Under the pieces are notes generated by a model, which made no database searches, was not told the origin of the DNA, and saw only the letters and a program-made list of their open reading frames with translations. A stretch of DNA of 63,669 nt, counting the filler, from Octopus bimaculoides (Eukaryota): assembly GCF_001194135.2 (NCBI RefSeq). It is 6 parts of 4 records of this genome, joined end to end, with 100 filler letters (N's around TTAATTAATTAA, not from the genome) between each part and the next. Parts side by side here need not be neighbours in the genome. Positions count along the whole stretch, not along the records: positions 45,864 to 50,288 come from NC_068994.1; positions 50,389 to 53,595 come from NC_068984.1; positions 53,696 to 63,669 come from NC_068982.1; 3 more parts are not named here. One strand, 5' to 3'. Each line of letters starts with the position of its first letter. The first letter of the stretch is position 1. The translations under genes and the position numbers were made by a program. This document shows, in pieces, positions 48,779-61,885 of the stretch.

Positions 48779-49568
48779 TTACATACGTATACATAGATAT
48801 ATACATATCCATATACATACATACATACATACATACATACATACATACGTATGTGCAGGCATGTCTATGTGATTAAGAAGGTCGCTTTGCAACCACACCG
48901 TTCTAGGTTGAATTCTACTGCGCAGCACATTGTGCAAAAGACTTTTCTTATAGCGCCGGGATGACCAATGTCTTTTGGGGGAATCTGGAAGGCAGAAACT
49001 ATGTAAAAAGCTACAGTATACGCACCTACGTGCACAAGCATATATATATATATATTTANNNNNNNNNNNNNNNNNNNNNNNNNNNNNNNNNNNNNNNNNN
49101 NNNNNNNNNNNNNNNNNNNNNNNNNNNNNNNTATATATATATACACATACATACACATATATACACTTATATGAATCACAGTAATAGATACGATCTCATG
49201 TTAGTTGATGCTAATAATATATTAAAACATTACCTTTTCTTTTACATTTTTAATTTTGTGACCATGTTTTGTGTTTTGTCCATATTTCGCATATTCTTTA
49301 TATTTCATATTCGTGTACACATACGCATGCGTAAGCATAAGTGTTTGCATGTATTTAGTTCGTTTCTTTCAGTTCAGTGTGTGGGTGTGAGTGTAGCATA
49401 TGTATTTATTTGTGTTAGTTTGTGAGTTACTGTAAATATTTATATATGTTTGTGTGTGTGTTCGTGAGATTAAACTTAGAGTCTCAAACGCTTTGTGCGT
49501 AATACCGTCGACCATTTTGAAAGAAAGCAGATTGCTCTACTTCAACCTCTTTCTTTTTCTCTTTCCCT

Positions 49569-49600
<32 letters not shown>

Positions 49601-49775
49601 CTAACTAAATAACTGTCTATGATTTACAAATATTTTTATTTTCTGCTTTGATTTGTTTCATTTCGTGAACAACGTTGGCGTCATCACGGAGATAACGCAA
49701 CAGTAGAATTAGAAAATAACTAAACAAACACACACACACAAATACACACACATACATACACACACATATATACAT

Positions 49776-49832
<57 letters not shown>

Positions 49833-49841
49833 ATACAAATC

Positions 49842-49908
<67 letters not shown>

Positions 49909-50388
49909 ATAACATTACATGAATAAATAATGAATATATGCAATATATAAGAACTATAAAAAAAGAAGCGAGTATTGAACAGATGTAAGCGAGATCACAG
50001 GAATGTGACGAAAGCCTTTGATACACATAAGCGAAATAATGAAAGAATAATTAGCATATCTGTTAGGAAATGTTAGAAACAGCGAATCGTATATAGAATT
50101 AATAATAAACATAATAATAAAAAAGAATGTTTTATTTGCTACCGTGCTGAACATGTGAGAACACTACAAGCACCAAGTACATATTAAATGTGTATATGAG
50201 TGTGCGTGTGCGCGTGTATGTTCATTTATATGTATGTATGTATGTATGTATATACATATAAATATATGCATATATATATATATATATANNNNNNNNNNNN
50301 NNNNNNNNNNNNNNNNNNNNNNNNNNNNNNNNTTAATTAATTAANNNNNNNNNNNNNNNNNNNNNNNNNNNNNNNNNNNNNNNNNNNN

Positions 50389-50426
<38 letters not shown>

Positions 50427-50648
50427 TGTGTCTGTGTTTATCCCCCCACCATCGCTTGACAACCGATGCTGGTGTGTTTACGTCCCCGTAACTTAGCGGT
50501 TCGGCAAACAGAGACCGATAGAATAAGTACTGGGCTTACAAAGAATAAGTCCTGGGGTTGATTTTCTTGACTAAAGGCGGTGCTCCAGCATGGCCACAGT
50601 CAAAAATGACTGAAACAAGTAAAAGAGTAAAAGAGAGAGTAAAACAAA

Positions 50649-50679
<31 letters not shown>

Positions 50680-51347
50680 GTGATGATGTTGTTGTCCAAG
50701 TCATGATTATAATTCCTCAGACTGAACATCTCTAACAATCTGTTATTCTCCTCTTGGATGGATCTGAAAGAATTTGTTGAGGCGGATATTCTACGGTCAG
50801 ACAACATTTCTCTCACCTGTCCTCATCTGTTTCCAAGTAAGGTAATATTATTTTCCAGACATTATTTTGCCTGTCTTTACACTCTGAGTTCAAATTCCAC
50901 TGAGGTTGACTTTGCCTTTCATCCTTTCAGGGTTGATAAATTAGGTACCAGTTGCATACTGGAGTAAATCTAATCGACTGGCCCCCACCTCCTCCAAAAT
51001 TTCAGGCCTTGTGCCTAGAGTAGAAAAGAATATTTTCCAGACATGTCCAGACATGTCTCAGAAAACTGGGAGCAAAAATCCCCACTTGCATGAGGGGATA
51101 CTTAAACTGTTTAGTGATGTTAAGGCAAGGAGACAGTAACCTGCACGCACATGCATATGGGTATAATATATATGTATAGATATATATATATATATATATA
51201 TATNNNNNNNNNNNNNNNNNNNNNNNNNNNNNNNNNNNNNNNNNNNNNNNNNNNNNNNNNNNNNNNNNNNNNNNNNNNNNNNNNNNNNNNNNNNNNNNNN
51301 NNNCATGCTAGCATGGAAAGCGGACGTTAAACGATGATGATATATTG

Positions 51348-51680
51348 TACACAGGGTGTTTCAAATAATTTGATGTCATTTCGCATTCTAATAACTTCAC
51401 CACTCCTTGTTTAAATGACTTCCAATTTTAACAGCATGTGTAGAAACAGGTCAAAATTTTATGTTTAATGTTTTTGATATGTTTATCTTTTCACTGGAAG
51501 AGAAAAAGTGTTTGTGTGTTGGATTATGCTTGAACACAATCGAACAAGACTGTGTAGCATGCATGAGAGAGTTCTCTAAATAGTCACCAATGGCAATGCA
51601 GATTTGGGATATGGCACAAAAAATTCAAAGAGGAAGGGCAAAAGGATCTGAACAATCCCTAACATCAGAAGAAACGATCA
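51348..51680 (+). mobile_element. Tc1/mariner 5' remnant (DUF4817-like HTH N-terminus)
   Basis: TIR-like cagggtgtttcaaa, then degenerate EEK.FCVLDYA*TQSNKTV...QIW.WHKKFKEEG. Confidence 0.6.
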
Positions 51681-53570
51681 AGCGGGTTTGCTAAAAGCTC
51701 ATATAGTGGTTTCAAATTTTGGCACAAGGCTAGTAATTTCGAGCGTGGGGGTAAATCGATTACATCAACCCCAGTACTAAAATGGTACTTATTTTATTGA
51801 CCCCAAATTTATGAAGGGTAAAGTTGACCTTGGTGACATTTGAACTCAGAGCATAAGGTAGGATGAAATGCTACTAAGCATTTTATTCTGCCAGCTCACC
51901 ACCTTCTCCTGGTGAAACATATAGTGATTTCAAATTTTGGCACTAGGCCAGCAATTTTGTGGGAGGGGTAAGTCGATTACATCGACCCCAGTGTTCAACT
52001 GGTACTTATTTTATTGACCCTGAGAGGATGAAATGCAAAGTTGACCTAGGCAGAATTTGGACTCAGAACGTTAAGACCGACAAAATACCGCTAAACATTC
52101 TGTCCGGTTTGCTAACGCTTCAGCCATCTTGCTACCTTCATTGTGGAATATATTGAAATGTATAATTGAGGAAGTGGAAATGCTTCTTTATTTTGTTTAT
52201 TTATTTACAGATTTCTTTTTTTTTTGTCATGATTTTACTGATTAATCTTATAAAGTATATTCATTTTCGACTGAAAGGACTGTAAAAACAAATTACAACA
52301 GAGAGAACGAATCGAAGTTTGAATGTAAAACTGAAGTTTCAAGTAACAGAATAACAGGCCGAGACTATTCAAGGGAGGCTACTGTGTCAATCGCGTTAAA
52401 ATAATTTATTGTTGCTGTTGTTTAGCCTCAGACAAAATTGATGCTCAAATCCTGTTTCTCCACAGATTATATTGTCCAATGTAATTCTGTATTCTTAAAG
52501 CTATCGTGATTTGAAAGCAATTTGGCTGTCATTTCTAGCAAGCAAATGACCACATAGGGGCTTCCTTGTTGACTTCAATTATTATTGTAATAGTTTTAGA
52601 ATAATAATAGGCACACCGTGAACCTGGATGTTATAAGAAGTGGCTAAAAGGGGTTAGTGGTAAGAAGGGTATATGGTCGTCAAACCTTCCATCAGAAAAA
52701 CCATCTAATTCATAACAAAAGCAAAGGAAAAAAAAAGGGGGCTTAGAAAACTGATCCACTGTATCCTTCATTTTTTAAAATGATGGTGTGTGGTTCAAGA
52801 GACATTTAGTTGTTATTTCTAAGAGGTCCATCATTTACATCGAAACTCCCTTGTTCACTCATATTAATTACTGCTGTTCATTACATGCAAGTGCCACATA
52901 AAAAGCACCCCATCTGGTGCCATGAAATAGCATTGGTGCCACATAATAGTACTGGTGGTAGTGCTACGTAGCAAGCACCCAGTACACTCTGTAAAGTGGT
53001 TGGCATCATGAAGGGCACCCAGTCACAGAAACCATAGCAAAACAAACAATCAGAACCTGGTGCAGTTCTGCAGCTGGCCAGCTCCTGTCAAACCATCCAC
53101 CCCATGTCAGCACGGAAAAAGGATGTTAAATGATGACGATGATTGTTGTTGACTGAAAATATAACTAAAATAATCATTTGATATAACAGCATACATTCTT
53201 GGCTTATTGCTAAATATTCTGATACAGTTACAGCACTTAACTGAAAATTATCAAAAAAAAAACTATTCCTGTGTCTCTCTGCGTTTGTGTGTTCACGGAC
53301 ATGAGTTAAAGTATGAACAGTAATAAATGAGTAACGAACGAATATATAGTGCGTGTGTTTATTTGGAAAAAAAAAAAAAAATTACCATCCTGTAGGCGCA
53401 GGAGTGGCTGTGTGGTAAGTAGCTTGCTTACCAACCACATGGTTCTGGGTTCAGTCCCACTGCGTGGCACCTTGGGCAAGTGTCTTCTACTATAGCCTCG
53501 GGCTGACCAAAGCGTTGTGAGTGGATTTTGTAGATGGAAACTGAAAGAAGCCTGTCATATATATAACGTG

Positions 53571-53595
53571 GGTGGCTGATGAAGGAGAATGTTCT
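53571..53595 (+). ncRNA. 5' half of a probable hammerhead ribozyme cut by the scaffold end
   Basis: CTGATGA at 53576-53582 followed by AGGAGAA-TG-TTCT, the start of a self-complementary stem II, then N spacer. Confidence 0.35.
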
Positions 53596-53695
53596 NNNNN
53601 NNNNNNNNNNNNNNNNNNNNNNNNNNNNNNNNNNNNNNNTTAATTAATTAANNNNNNNNNNNNNNNNNNNNNNNNNNNNNNNNNNNNNNNNNNNN

Positions 53696-54063
53696 AGTGG
53701 AAATACACTTCACTTTATCGTGCAGTTACTGTTAATACTTCATTTAGAGAATTAACATTGCTTGTTTTCACTTTTTCGATATCAGTGAAGAATTTCACTG
53801 GAAAAATATACTTAAGGTTGCCAAGAATTTATATCTCTCATCGAAGGTCGGTAGCTATCGGACGCTGACGAAGGGAAATAACCCTGAAACCCGGGTCCGT
53901 TCGTGCTACGATCGCGATGAGAGGAATAACTTCCATTGGCAAAACAAACAGGACACAGTAGTGTGTCGATAAGCCAGCTGGAGGAGATGTCCTCCTGGGG
54001 CTAAAGCAACAGTAACATCCACCCCTAGGGGTCAGCCACACTTAAGTGGTAATACACTTCACT
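53696..54063 (+). mobile_element. Putative retrozyme / Penelope-type non-autonomous retroelement monomer (349-nt period) containing the hammerhead
   Basis: Direct repeat agtgg(a/t)aatacacttcact at 53696-53714 and 54045-54063 (18/19 identical); no long ORF; several internal hairpins. Confidence 0.6.
53835..53923 (+). ncRNA. Type I hammerhead ribozyme, intact core; predicted cleavage after C53897 (GUC)
   Basis: Stem I CGGACG(53859-64)/CGUUCG(53898-903); core CUGACGA(53865-71); stem II AGGG-AAAUAA-CCCU(53872-85); GAAA(53886-89); stem III AC-CCGG-GU; C17 at 53897. Stem I extends via GUAGC/GCUAC and CUCUCAUCG/CGAUGAGAG. Confidence 0.9.
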
Positions 54064-57000
54064 ATATATACATATATATACATATATATACTAATAGAGA
54101 GAGAGAAAGCAACATGAATTCACTATCAAGGGGTTTCGCGCTGATCATTCAATGACAACCCATTTTCTGTGTTTTATTAAAATATAAAAAAATGAAAACC
54201 TCTATGTTCGTTATTCAACCGTTGCATAACGTCCTGAATATTGGCCATATTCCCACACCATATCAACCAGTGAGTGCGTGTGTGCGTGTGAGCCTGTGTT
54301 TCAATATTTTGTTGCAAATCAGAGATCTCACATGCTACATTGAACTGAGACGAACCAGCACATCAATAATGAAGAAGGAGTAGGAGAGACGAGTGAGGGT
54401 TAAAAAGAAAGAAGAGAAAAATTAGATAGAGATATCAGAGAAATAGGCAAGATATAAGAGGGAAATATATTATGGTGAAATGAAGAACACCTAATGTGAA
54501 GCCATTTCATTATTCATGTATATGTGTGCATTAGACTATTGACGTGTTGTTTTTCGGATTTGTAAGAGTTGCTTCTTAAAGTGTCTTTGTGTTTCTGTAA
54601 TACCAATGATCTAGCGTTTAAACAGAGGTCTTCTCTGAGTAAAATTTATTGGGTGTTCTTTTTTCTCTGTAGTACATAACTCATACGTTGCTTTCATTTG
54701 TAGGATTAAGTTTAATGCTGCAATCATAAGCTTTTCTGCCAGCGAATAATTCTTACTTCTTGATAAGCGTTTAAAACGATTTTATGCAATATCAAATATA
54801 TCTTGTTTCTTGAGAGTATTGACGTATTCTCGAAAAGCGCTGTCTTAATGATGGCTGGCAGCATATCCGCTTGTTGCTCTTAGATACCTTATTTATGGTT
54901 GCATTAACAATTTTCTATGTGAATTTATCTTTCGGGCCTCAGTTTAATTTCTTGCCTTTCGAATAATATTTTATTCTATCGAAACGAACATTCCTAACGA
55001 CCACTGAACCACATGGACTCGTTAATAAAAAAATCTATTGAGGACATAACAATATAAATACGAATTCTACTGATTCTGTTTGTTCCCCATGCTTTATATA
55101 TCTTCATATTAACATTAGTTAATTGTAAAATTTAATTCCATTTTATCAAAAATAAATTGGCAAATAAAGAATATACATCTAAAAGAATAATTTATGATTC
55201 CCTTAATACTGTTGCCTTGCGTATTTGTGCTATACTATCGTCACTTTTTACATATTAAGTACGTAAATATAAGGGATAACAATTTTCAGAAATAAAACTT
55301 GAAGCCAAAAGACGCTCACGGATGCCAGGATTTCCAGTTCATGTGAATATTGCATATTTAAAGTAGGTTGACAACTTGAAACATTCTTTCAGAGTAAGTG
55401 CTTCCAAAATATTCTAAAGTTCTTGTGAGTCAAGATAATTATTTTATGGCAGTCAATCGAGAATAATTTGTATTCAGAAACTAAAGATCATCTCCATATC
55501 AGTTGGAAATTCTAAGTGAAATACTTTAAATCATGTCAGACACTAATAATCATTATTAAAATCATTTTAATCAATGTAAGGGATACAATATGAAAATATC
55601 GTAGTTAATAATATACAGAGTATTTAAATACTCCTTAAGTAGTAAACTAAAAATAATGTCCGGTAGATTTATTGGGCATTATCAGTATGACTCCAAACAG
55701 ACTGTGTATCTTAATAGCGACTTATTCAAAGAAGAAGTCTAAACGAATAAGAAAACATTTGTTTCATTACATAATTTGGATACAGCTGGTGTCACATTAG
55801 TTTGATCAAGTTTCACCTCCATAACATTAACTGATAGAAATACTGTGAAATAAACTCACCGATTGCATTTCCATTTAATAGAGTTAGATACCTTACAGTG
55901 ATTTATATGTCAAGACTAAATTTCTTGCATAGTATTAGAACTGTAGAAACGTAATTAATATTTGCTCTACGTTTTCTTTCTCTTGAGCCATATATGCCTA
56001 AATGATGTACGTCCGATGATTAAAGGGTCTATAATTTGTATTTATTCACAGATTCCGAGCTACACCGATGCATTTAAATATCACTAGTGAACTTTATATT
56101 GTCTCTAACAACTATGACGTAGTGCACAGCATTTTCGTCCAACAACACTAAATAATTAATTGTTCTTCACCCGGCTGTACTCACTTCCACAATGCGTTAA
56201 AGCATAATAAAGCATGATCTTGGATTGACGAAAATAAGAGATATAAGCAAAAGTAACTTCATTAAAGGGTTACCGAATTCATCGTCCGAAAGTCCAGTAT
56301 AAACTACACGGACAAAAGTCATGAATACACAGAAAATCTAAAATATATAGAACAAACACATAGAAGCAGTAGATCTAGGAAAATAAACATAATTTATCTA
56401 AACCACTTACTGACTTAATGTAGCATCCAATACAGATAAAATACCCATGAATAAGTTATGAATGTTTCTACGGTAGAAATGAATATTTTAAGCTCATCGA
56501 TAAGAATACTTTATAAAATAGCTACACTTGCGATGATTTCCTCGCAATAAATGCCCTGTCATGTGAAGTTTGTAGAAATGAGGACAATGATGATGGAGAA
56601 TGGTTTCTTACTTAGACACAAAATCCTTCAAATTCGAGATGGGATAGTTGATAGTGTCGATATCAGCACTTAACTGGCATTTTCATTTTATCAATACAAG
56701 ATGGAAGAGAAGCATGTAATTAAAGATAAATCACTGGTTAGTTTTTAAGTGTATAGATTATCAAAACAAACAACTCCCGGTTTCATGTGATTCCAACTTT
56801 ATCCCAAATTTTCAAACATTTCTACAACATCAGATTTCCGTCTACTCCTTCAATGAAGTATCTGCTCACACAGGTTTTGTCAGCCTAGGGCTACACTAAA
56901 AAATACATGCCAAGGTTCTGTGTTGTTGGACGTAGGCCAAGATCATATGGTTGGGATGTCAGCTTTATAACCATATGCCTTTGACTAAACCATTAAAAAT

Positions 57001-57384
57001 TACAATTTTTGTGACGTCAGAAATGTTCATAATTTATCATTGAACATTGACATTTTATCAGTTTTTCGTCAAAACAAGTAAAAGAAAATCTAGGGGCCTA
57101 AGGACGAACAATTCTTCACTATTGGACCATTAAAACAAAATTCATGGTGGAAAAATTAGTGTCCTACCGATTTCATTAATAATTAATATAGTTAAGCTGA
57201 ATGGGAATCTATTCTATTTTCATTGAATGTCACACACTTGTAGTAGAACACCTAGTCCACATAAGACAATATAATTCATGAATTTAATATGAAATAACAG
57301 AAACTTAATTAAAAGCCATTTTTTGTTCTATTTTAAACGAAATTAACATATGCACTTGGAGTGTATGTGTTGGAATGTAACATA

Positions 57385-57435
<51 letters not shown>

Positions 57436-57720
57436 TGTATGAATATATGTATGTATATATATATGTATGTATATATGTATATATGTATGTATGTATTCAT
57501 GTGTGTATGCTACGTTTATATGCTTTCAGTAACTCATAGAATGGCGAACAATCTAAGCCTCACATGATATTAACTCTGTTGCATTTTCAATGAACTTGAC
57601 AATATTTGTGTGTTTTACACTTACATACAAACATGCATGCATACATACATACATACATACATACATCTATCTTATAATGTCACCTGTAACAAAACACATG
57701 TCACTAAAGAATATTACAGC

Positions 57721-57885
57721 CGAGTAAAGAAAATTTGAACCTCGGAACTCTCTGCATTCCATAAAACAGTGGCTCACAGTGTGTTTGCAGTGCCAGTACT
57801 CTTACTACCATTTGGGCTCCTTGATTGGGGGCTTCATGAGATCCGAGCCATTAGGACTGGTAATCTTTTTCAATCACGTAGACTA
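57721..57885 (+). mobile_element. Short R4/Dong-clade fragment
   Basis: RVKKI*TSELSAFHKTVAHSVFAVPVL..FGLLDW; reverse complement matches 23410-23530. Confidence 0.7.
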
Positions 57886-57889
57886 AAGG

Positions 57890-58085
57890 AAAAACTCAAA
57901 TCTAGGAAGCCATATTTGTAACCTCAAGTACAGCGGTATAACACACAGCATTAAGTGGAATATGTTAGAGATATCTAGGGCATACTTCAAAGAAGTTTAG
58001 GCTCTGTATACCTGAAAGAACATACATTTTTATTAAATCGAAAAACTGCACTGACCTACTTAACTCGAGAGTTCAGATATTTACA
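57890..58085 (+). mobile_element. Penelope-like GIY-YIG endonuclease C-terminal remnant
   Basis: LGSHICNLKYSGITHSIKW.ML...LCI.E...I...LLNSR pattern, typical of Penelope EN ends; frameshifted. Confidence 0.55.
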
Positions 58086-58946
58086 AGATGAATGCATTTT
58101 GACAAGATTCTCCTTTTGAACGGGAAGGTGTCACTGTCACTAGATTCGATACACACTTTAAAGATATTCAACTTTTCTCTCATTCGGATATTTCACAAGG
58201 CGTAATGTTTTAAATGAAAACACCGAGTTAAAATTCATTAAAACTTCAAAATTAACCACGCTCTTCATTTAAGGGATAACAGGATATATGCTAGATTCCA
58301 TAAGTAGAATCATCCCAATTCCCTTGGTTAAAGAGTTTTATCGTTTTGCTTTCTTGCATTTTCTGTTTTAGTATTTCATCAGGTTATTTGAGTCTGAACA
58401 ATTGCGGGATCGTGAATGACAAACTATACAAGCATGACCGATTAGTGCAAAATCTGATCATGAAACTTGAAGTAGCTTACGTATAATATAACTCCTTTAT
58501 TCACAAATTTAAATTCATCTCTCAATGAACTGCGTACATTTTTACGATCCTAATAACATCCGAACAGTTCTCTAATATATATAGCAAAATATATATCAAA
58601 ATTGCACACAATTTATACATTTATATATTTTATAAGGTAGAATATTTACATAGACTAACGGCTTCGCGTTTTGTTATTCATGACTAGGAAATTGGTGAAA
58701 ATATTGCAGTTACGTAGTACCTTGAAGGTACATGTTGGTTGCATGAAAGTTTATGCAACCAACATGGACTAAAAACTACTTAGTAGCAATATTTATACCG
58801 ATTTCACAGTCATGACTAGTAAAAAGCGAAGCTGGTGGACTACACAAATATTCTATCTCTTAAAATATATTAAAAATACATGAACTAGGTGCCTATTGCT
58901 TCTTTTGTTATATTTTTCTCACCACATGGGAGAAAATCTATTCAAA

Positions 58947-59002
<56 letters not shown>

Positions 59003-59894
59003 CTCACACACACACACACGCACACACATGTCTATATTAACACACATATATATATATACATACGGACAGAACTACATTACAATTTACTCCTTTATTCTTT
59101 TACTTCTTTCAGTCCAGAGAAGGCGGCCATGCTGGAGCACAGTACCGCCCTGAAGAGTTTTAGTCAAACGAATCGATCCAGGTACTTATTTTTTTAAGCC
59201 TGGAGCTTATTTATCCGGCCCTTTTGCAAAGTTACGGGGACATNNNNNNNNNNNNNNNNNNNNNNNNNNNNNNNNNNNNNNNNNNNNNNNNNNNNNNNNN
59301 NNNNNNNNNNNNNNNNNNNNNNNNNNNNNNNNNNNNNNNNNNNNNNNNNNNNNNNNNNNNNNNNNNNNNNNNNNNNNNNNNNNNNNNNNNNNNNNNNNNN
59401 NNNNNNNNNNNNNNNNNNNNNNNNNNNNNNNNNNNNNNNNNNNNNNNNNNNNNNNNNNNNNNNNNNNNNNNNNNNNNNNNNNNNNNNNNNNNNNNNNNNN
59501 NNNNNNNNNNNNNNNNNNNNNNNNNNNNNNNNNNNNNNNNNNNNNNNNNNNNNNNNNNNNNNNNNNNNNNNNNNNNNNNNNNNNNNNNNNNNNNNNNNNN
59601 NNNNNNNNNNNNNNNNNNNNNNNNNNNNNNNNNNNNNNNNNNNNNNNNNNNNNNNNNNNNNNNNNNNNNNNNNNNNNNNNNNNNNNNNNNNNNNNNNNNN
59701 NNNNNNNNNNNNNNNNNNNNNNNNNNNNNNNNNNNNNNNNNNNNNNNNNNNNNNNNNNNNNNNNNNNNNNNNNNNNNNNNNNNNNNNNNNNNNNNNNNNN
59801 NNNNNNNNNNNNNNNNNNNNNNNNNNNNNNNNNNNNNNNNNNNNNNNNNNNNNNNNNNNNNNNNNNNNNNNNNNNNNNNNNNNNNNNNNNNNNN

Positions 59895-59958
<64 letters not shown>

Positions 59959-61843
59959 CATACATACGTAGAACCAACGGGATTATAGCACTTTTCTAGG
60001 TAGGCAAGGTAAATCATTGAGTCAGGTAAAACTTAATAATTTATTTGTTTTGTTGTGTATTTTTTATAAAGTGGCAGGGTTGATTTGCTTTCACTATTAT
60101 TTCTTGAATCAACATAAATTTTTTTTCTGTTGGACATGGTTCATTTCTTCTAAGGTCTGTTTACTAGCAGCTTGTGCGCAATTAGAGTAGCGCATCGAAT
60201 CGTATTATCCATATCGTTTACGGCTTGTCCCCTTCGTGTGTTTGTCTATTTTTGTATCTGTATACATACCTAAGTGAGTGAGTAAATCTGGATGAGAGTA
60301 GATGTGTGCAAATTGTACCACAAATCTCACTATATGTTTTCGCGACTGTGTGCTTCTCTATTATGGCGTGTTGTTTGTGTTGATGTTTGTGTTTATGTAC
60401 TTGCACATACCTGCGTTTACATCCACACTGTCTTATTATTTAAGTCATACTGTCTCATGAGAATTTTTACAATATATGGACGTGTTGAGATGTAGAACGA
60501 AGTGTTTGAGAGAAAAGACGTACATCAGTAGCTAGATAAGATATGCAAGGTGAGACTAGCAGCATTGATATTGATTCTCCATTTAATATGTATTAAGACT
60601 GATGTCCTCATTTGTAATAACAGATATTTACTATGCAATCCTCTTGAAACGAAGAAACAGCAGATTTAAAAAAATAGAACATTAAAATAAAATGCTACAG
60701 TAAGACAGTTCTTGCTCTGCATTGTTCTTCATCATTAAGAAACATGTGCCACTGGCTCTGATTAATACTCAAGAGTAAAACTGTCAAGCACGTTCGCAAC
60801 AGTGGTCAGTTATTTTCTTATATTTTCTTTTCCTCTTATCCGAAATACGTTATACAAAATTTAATTATCAAATACGTGTCTTTTACACTTATATCACAGT
60901 CTTTATCAACCATTCTTTTGATTCTGAAACTACACGAAAGAGACGTGAACTCAAACACTGTTTAGTTCTATCACAGTCTACAAGGTAATAAACCGTTAAT
61001 AATATATACATGCAATCGATCAGGTGACAAAAAGAAGTATCTTGTCTTAGTAATGACAAAATTAATCATCAACAACTTCGCAATAAAAGAAATATTCTTC
61101 ATTTATTTATTCACTAATCATCTTCATATATATATATATATANNNNNNNNNNNNNNNNNNNNNNNNNNNNNNNNNNNNNNNNNNNNNNNNNNNNNNNNNN
61201 NNNNNNNNNNNNNNNNNNNNNNNNNNNNNNNNNNNNNNNNNNNNNNNNNNNNNNNNNNNNNNNNNNNNNNNNNNNNNNNNNNNNNNNNNNNNNNNNNNNN
61301 NNNNNNNNNNNNNNNNNNNNNNNNNNNNNNNNNNNNNNNNNNNNNNNNNNNNNNNNNNNNNNNNNNNNNNNNNNNNNNNNNNNNNNNNNNNNNNNNNNNN
61401 NNNNNNNNNNNNNNNNNNNNNNNNNNNNNNNNNNNNNNNNNNNNNNNNNNNNNNNNNNNNNNNNNNNNNNNNNNNNNNNNNNNNNNNNNNNNNNNNNNNN
61501 NNNNNNNNNNNNNNNNNNNNNNNNNNNNNNNNNNNNNNNNNNNNNNNNNNNNNNNNNNNNNNNNNNNNNNNNNNNNNNNNNNNNNNNNNNNNNNNNNNNN
61601 NNNNNNNNNNNNNNNNNNNNNNNNNNNNNNNNNNNNNNNNNNNNNNNNNNNNNNNNNNNNNNNNNNNNNNNNNNNNNNNNNNNNNNNNNNNNNNNNNNNN
61701 NNNNNNNNNNNNNNNNNNNNNNNNNNNNNNNNNNNNNNNNNNNNNNNNNNNNNNNNNNNNNNNNNNNNNNNNNNNNNNNNNNNNNNNNNNNNNNNNNNNN
61801 NNNNNNNNNNNNNNNNNNNNNNNNNNNNNNNNNNNNTATATAA

Positions 61844-61885
<42 letters not shown>

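Noticed and set aside
43683-50154. Numerous long ORFs rich in CV, HT, YI or X
   Set aside because: Translations of (AC)n/(AT)n microsatellites and N gaps.
54541-55020. Complex sequence that might be a decayed retroelement ORF on -; similar case at 62400-63583
   Set aside because: Too degenerate to assign by eye; no diagnostic motif.
56522-58480. Possible + strand exons (56522-56602 ...ALSCEVCRNEDNDDGE, faintly Ly6/three-finger-like; 58383-58480 GYLSLNNCGIV...)
   Set aside because: Weak splice sites, no consistent chain of phases, and no family I can recognise; would need RNA-seq.
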